From: Macrostomum lignano
Taxonomy: Eukaryota
Assembly (NCBI GenBank): GCA_002269645.1
Contig: NIVC01000087.1
Span: forward strand, 310,001 to 374,000
Direction: 5' to 3'
DNA length: 64,000 bases
In this document: positions 61,301 through 64,000 of the stretch, in pieces
Position numbering within the stretch: position 1 is the stretch's first letter
Layout of the letters: every line of letters begins with the position of its first letter
The notes under the pieces: generated by a model
What the model saw: only the letters and a program-made list of their open reading frames with translations
Database searches by the model: none
Told to the model about the DNA's origin: nothing
Position numbers and translations under genes: made by a program

Positions 61301-64000
61301 AAGTGGTTCACAATGGTAAGTCGTCACTGTGTGACGTGAGAAGTGTGTGGTCTCATAAAGTGGTTCACAATGGTAAGTCGTCACTGTGTGACCTGAGAAG
61401 TGTGTGGTCTCATAAAGTGGTTCACAATGGTAAGTCGTCACTGTGTGACCTGAGAAGTGTGTGGTCTCATAAAGTGGTTCACAATGGTAAGTCGTCACTG
61501 TGTGACCTGAGAAGTGTGTGGTCTCATAAAGTGGTTCACAATGGTAAGTCGTCACTGTGTGACCTGAGAAGTGTGTGGTCTCATAAAGTGGTTCACAATG
61601 GTAAGTCGTCACTGTGTGACCTGAGAAGTGTGTGGTCTCATAAAGTGGTTCACAATGGTAAGTCGTCACTGTGTGACCTGAGAAGTGTGTGGTCTCATAA
61701 AGTGGTTCACAATGGTAAGTCGTCACTGTGTGACCTGAGAAGTGTGTGGTCTCATAAAGTGGTTCACAATGGTAAGTCGTCACTGTGTGACCTGAGAAGT
61801 GTGTGGTCTCATAAAGTGGTTAACAATGGTAGGTCGTCACTGTGTGACCTGAGAAGTGTGTGGTCTCATAAAGTGGTTCACAATGGTAAGTCGTCACTGT
61901 GTGACCTGAGAAGTGTGTGGTCTCATAAAGTGGTTCACAATGGTAGGTCGTCACTGTGTGACCTGAGAAGTGTGTGGTCTCATAAAGTGGTTCACAATGG
62001 TAAGTCGTCACTGTGTGACCTGAGAAGTGTGTGGTCTCATAAAGTGGTTCACAATGGTAAGTCGTCACTGTGTGACCTGAGAAGTGTGTGGTCTCATAAA
62101 GTGGTTCACAATGGTAAGTCGTCACTGTGTGACCTGAGAAGTGTGTGGTCTCATAAAGTGGTTCACAATGGTAAGTCGTCACTGTGTGACCTGAGAAGTG
62201 TGTGGTCTCATAAAGTGGTTCACAATGGTAAGTCGTCACTGTGTGACCTGAAAAGTGTGTGGTCTCATAAAGTGGTTTACAATGGTAAGTCGTCACTGTG
62301 TGACCTGAGAAGTGTGTGGTCTCATAAAGTGGTTCACAATGGTAAGTCGTCACTGTGTGACCTGAGAAGTGTGTGGTCTCATAAAGTGGGTCACAATGGT
62401 AGGTCACCACTGTGATCTGAGAGGTGACGTCTCATGAAGTGGGTCACAATGGTAGGTCGCTACTGTGTGACCTGAGAAGTGTGTGGTCTCATAAAGTGGG
62501 TCACAATGGTAGGTCACCACTGTGATCTGAGAGGTGACGTCTCATAAAGTGGGTCACAATGGTAAGTCACCACTGTGTGACCTGAGAAGTGTGTGGTCTC
62601 ATAAAGTGGTTCACAATGGTAAGTCACCACTCTGTGACCTGAGAAGTGTGTGGTCTCATAAAGTGGTTCACAATGGTAAGTCACCACTGTGTGACCTGAG
62701 AAGTGTGTGGTCTCATAAAGTGGTTAACAATGGTAGGTCACCACTGTGACCTGAGAAGTGTGTGGTCTCATAAAGTGGTTCACAATGGTAAGTCACCACT
62801 GTGTGACCAGAGAAGTGTGTGGTCTCATAAAGTGGTTCACAATGGTAGGTCGCTACTGTGTGACCTGAGAAGTGTGTGGTCTCATAACGTGGTTCACAAT
62901 GGTAGGTCGCTACTGTGTGACCTGAGAAGTGTGTGGTCTCATAACGTGGTTCACAATGGTAGGTCGCTACTGTGTGACCTGAGAAGTGTGTGGTCTCATA
63001 AAGTGGTTCACAATGGTAGGTCGCTACTGTGTGACCTGAGAAGTGTGTGGTCTCATAAAGTGGTTCACAATGGTAGGTCGCTACTGTGTGACCTGAGAAG
63101 TGTGTGGTCTCATAAAGTGGTTCACAATGGTAGGTCGCTACTGTGTGACCTGAGAAGTGTGTGGTCTCATAACGTGGTTCACAATGGTAGGTCGCTACTG
63201 TGTGACCTGAGAAGTGTGTGGTCTCATAACGTGGTTCACAATGGTAGGTCGCTACTGTGTGACCTGAGAAGTGTGTGGTCTCATAAAGTGGTTCACAATG
63301 GTAAGTCGTCACTGTGTGACCTGAGAAGTGTGTGGTCTCATAAAGTGGTTCACAATGGTAAGTCGTCACTGTGTGACCTGAGAAGTGTGTGGTCTCATAA
63401 AGTGGTTCACAATGGTAGGTCGCTACTGTGTGACCTGAGAAGTGTGTGGTCTCATAAAGTGGGTCACAATGGTAAGTCGTCACTGTGTGACCTGAGAAGT
63501 GTGTGGTCTCATAACGTGGGTCACAATGGTAGGTCGCTACTGTGTGACCTGAGAAGTGTGTGGTCTCATAAAGTGGGTCACAATGGTAGGTCATCACTGT
63601 GATCTGAGAGGTGACGTCTCATGAAGTGGGTCACAATGGTAGGTCGCTACTGTGTGACCTGAGAAGTGTGTGGTCTCATAAAGTGGGTCACAATGGTAGG
63701 TCACCACTGTGATCTGAGAGGTGACGTCTCATAAAGTGGGTCACAATGGTAAGTCACCACTGTGTGACCTGAGAAGTGTGTGGTCTCATAAAGTGGTTCA
63801 CAATGGTAAGTCACCACTCTGTGACCTGAGAAGTGTGTGGTCTCATAAAGTGGTTCACAATGGTAAGTCACCACTGTGTGACCTGAGAAGTGTGTGGTCT
63901 CATAAAGTGGTTAACAATGGTAGGTCACCACTGTGACCTGAGAAGTGTGTGGTCTCATAAAGTGGTTCACAATGGTAAGTCACCACTGTGTGACCAGAGA
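58335..64000. repeat. Intronic 57-bp satellite (over 5.6 kb, runs off the window) with 53-bp variants and ~1.2-kb higher-order blocks
   Basis: Unit CTGTGTGACCTGAGAAGTGTGTGGTCTCATAAAGTGGTTCACAATGGTAAGTCGTCA; marker GGTTAACAATGGTAGGTCACCAC at 58931, 60175, 62722, 63909. Confidence 0.97.

Noticed and set aside
58335-64000. Cys/His-containing repeat ORFs (LCDLRSVWSHK..., YHCEPLYETTH...) resembling zinc-finger arrays
   Set aside because: 57-bp satellite; no C2H2 spacing; frames broken by 53/55-bp variants; lies in an intron.

Overview
Eukaryotic (animal) genomic DNA, roughly half tandem repeats. GC-rich codon usage, polyQ/polyA tracts, abundant GACA/GTCA microsatellites and 17-57 bp minisatellites inside introns resemble the flatworm Macrostomum. 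That species call is inference only. Two convergent protein-coding genes are supported. (1) A Frizzled-4-type Wnt receptor on + (14229-16304). Its whole CDS lies in one exon, with a strong acceptor 25 nt before the ATG and a perfect donor 5 nt after the stop. (2) A 5'-truncated RH-RhoGEF on - (RhoGEF2/ARHGEF1/11/12 family: RH tail, C1, DH, PH, low-complexity tail). I assembled it by hand from 13 GT-AG exons (58303 to 42303, 3708 nt, all phases consistent). Its DH domain lacks several canonical catalytic residues. The rest is about 30 micro-, mini- and satellite arrays, several with higher-order repeats or arranged as inverted pairs, plus a tRNA-derived CORE-type SINE with a 10-bp TSD, a second SINE fragment and a small MITE family. 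Almost all other long ORFs in the track are translations of repeats. There are no prokaryotic features, CRISPR arrays, rRNA or bona fide tRNA genes. Family assignments rest on remembered reference sequences, not database searches.
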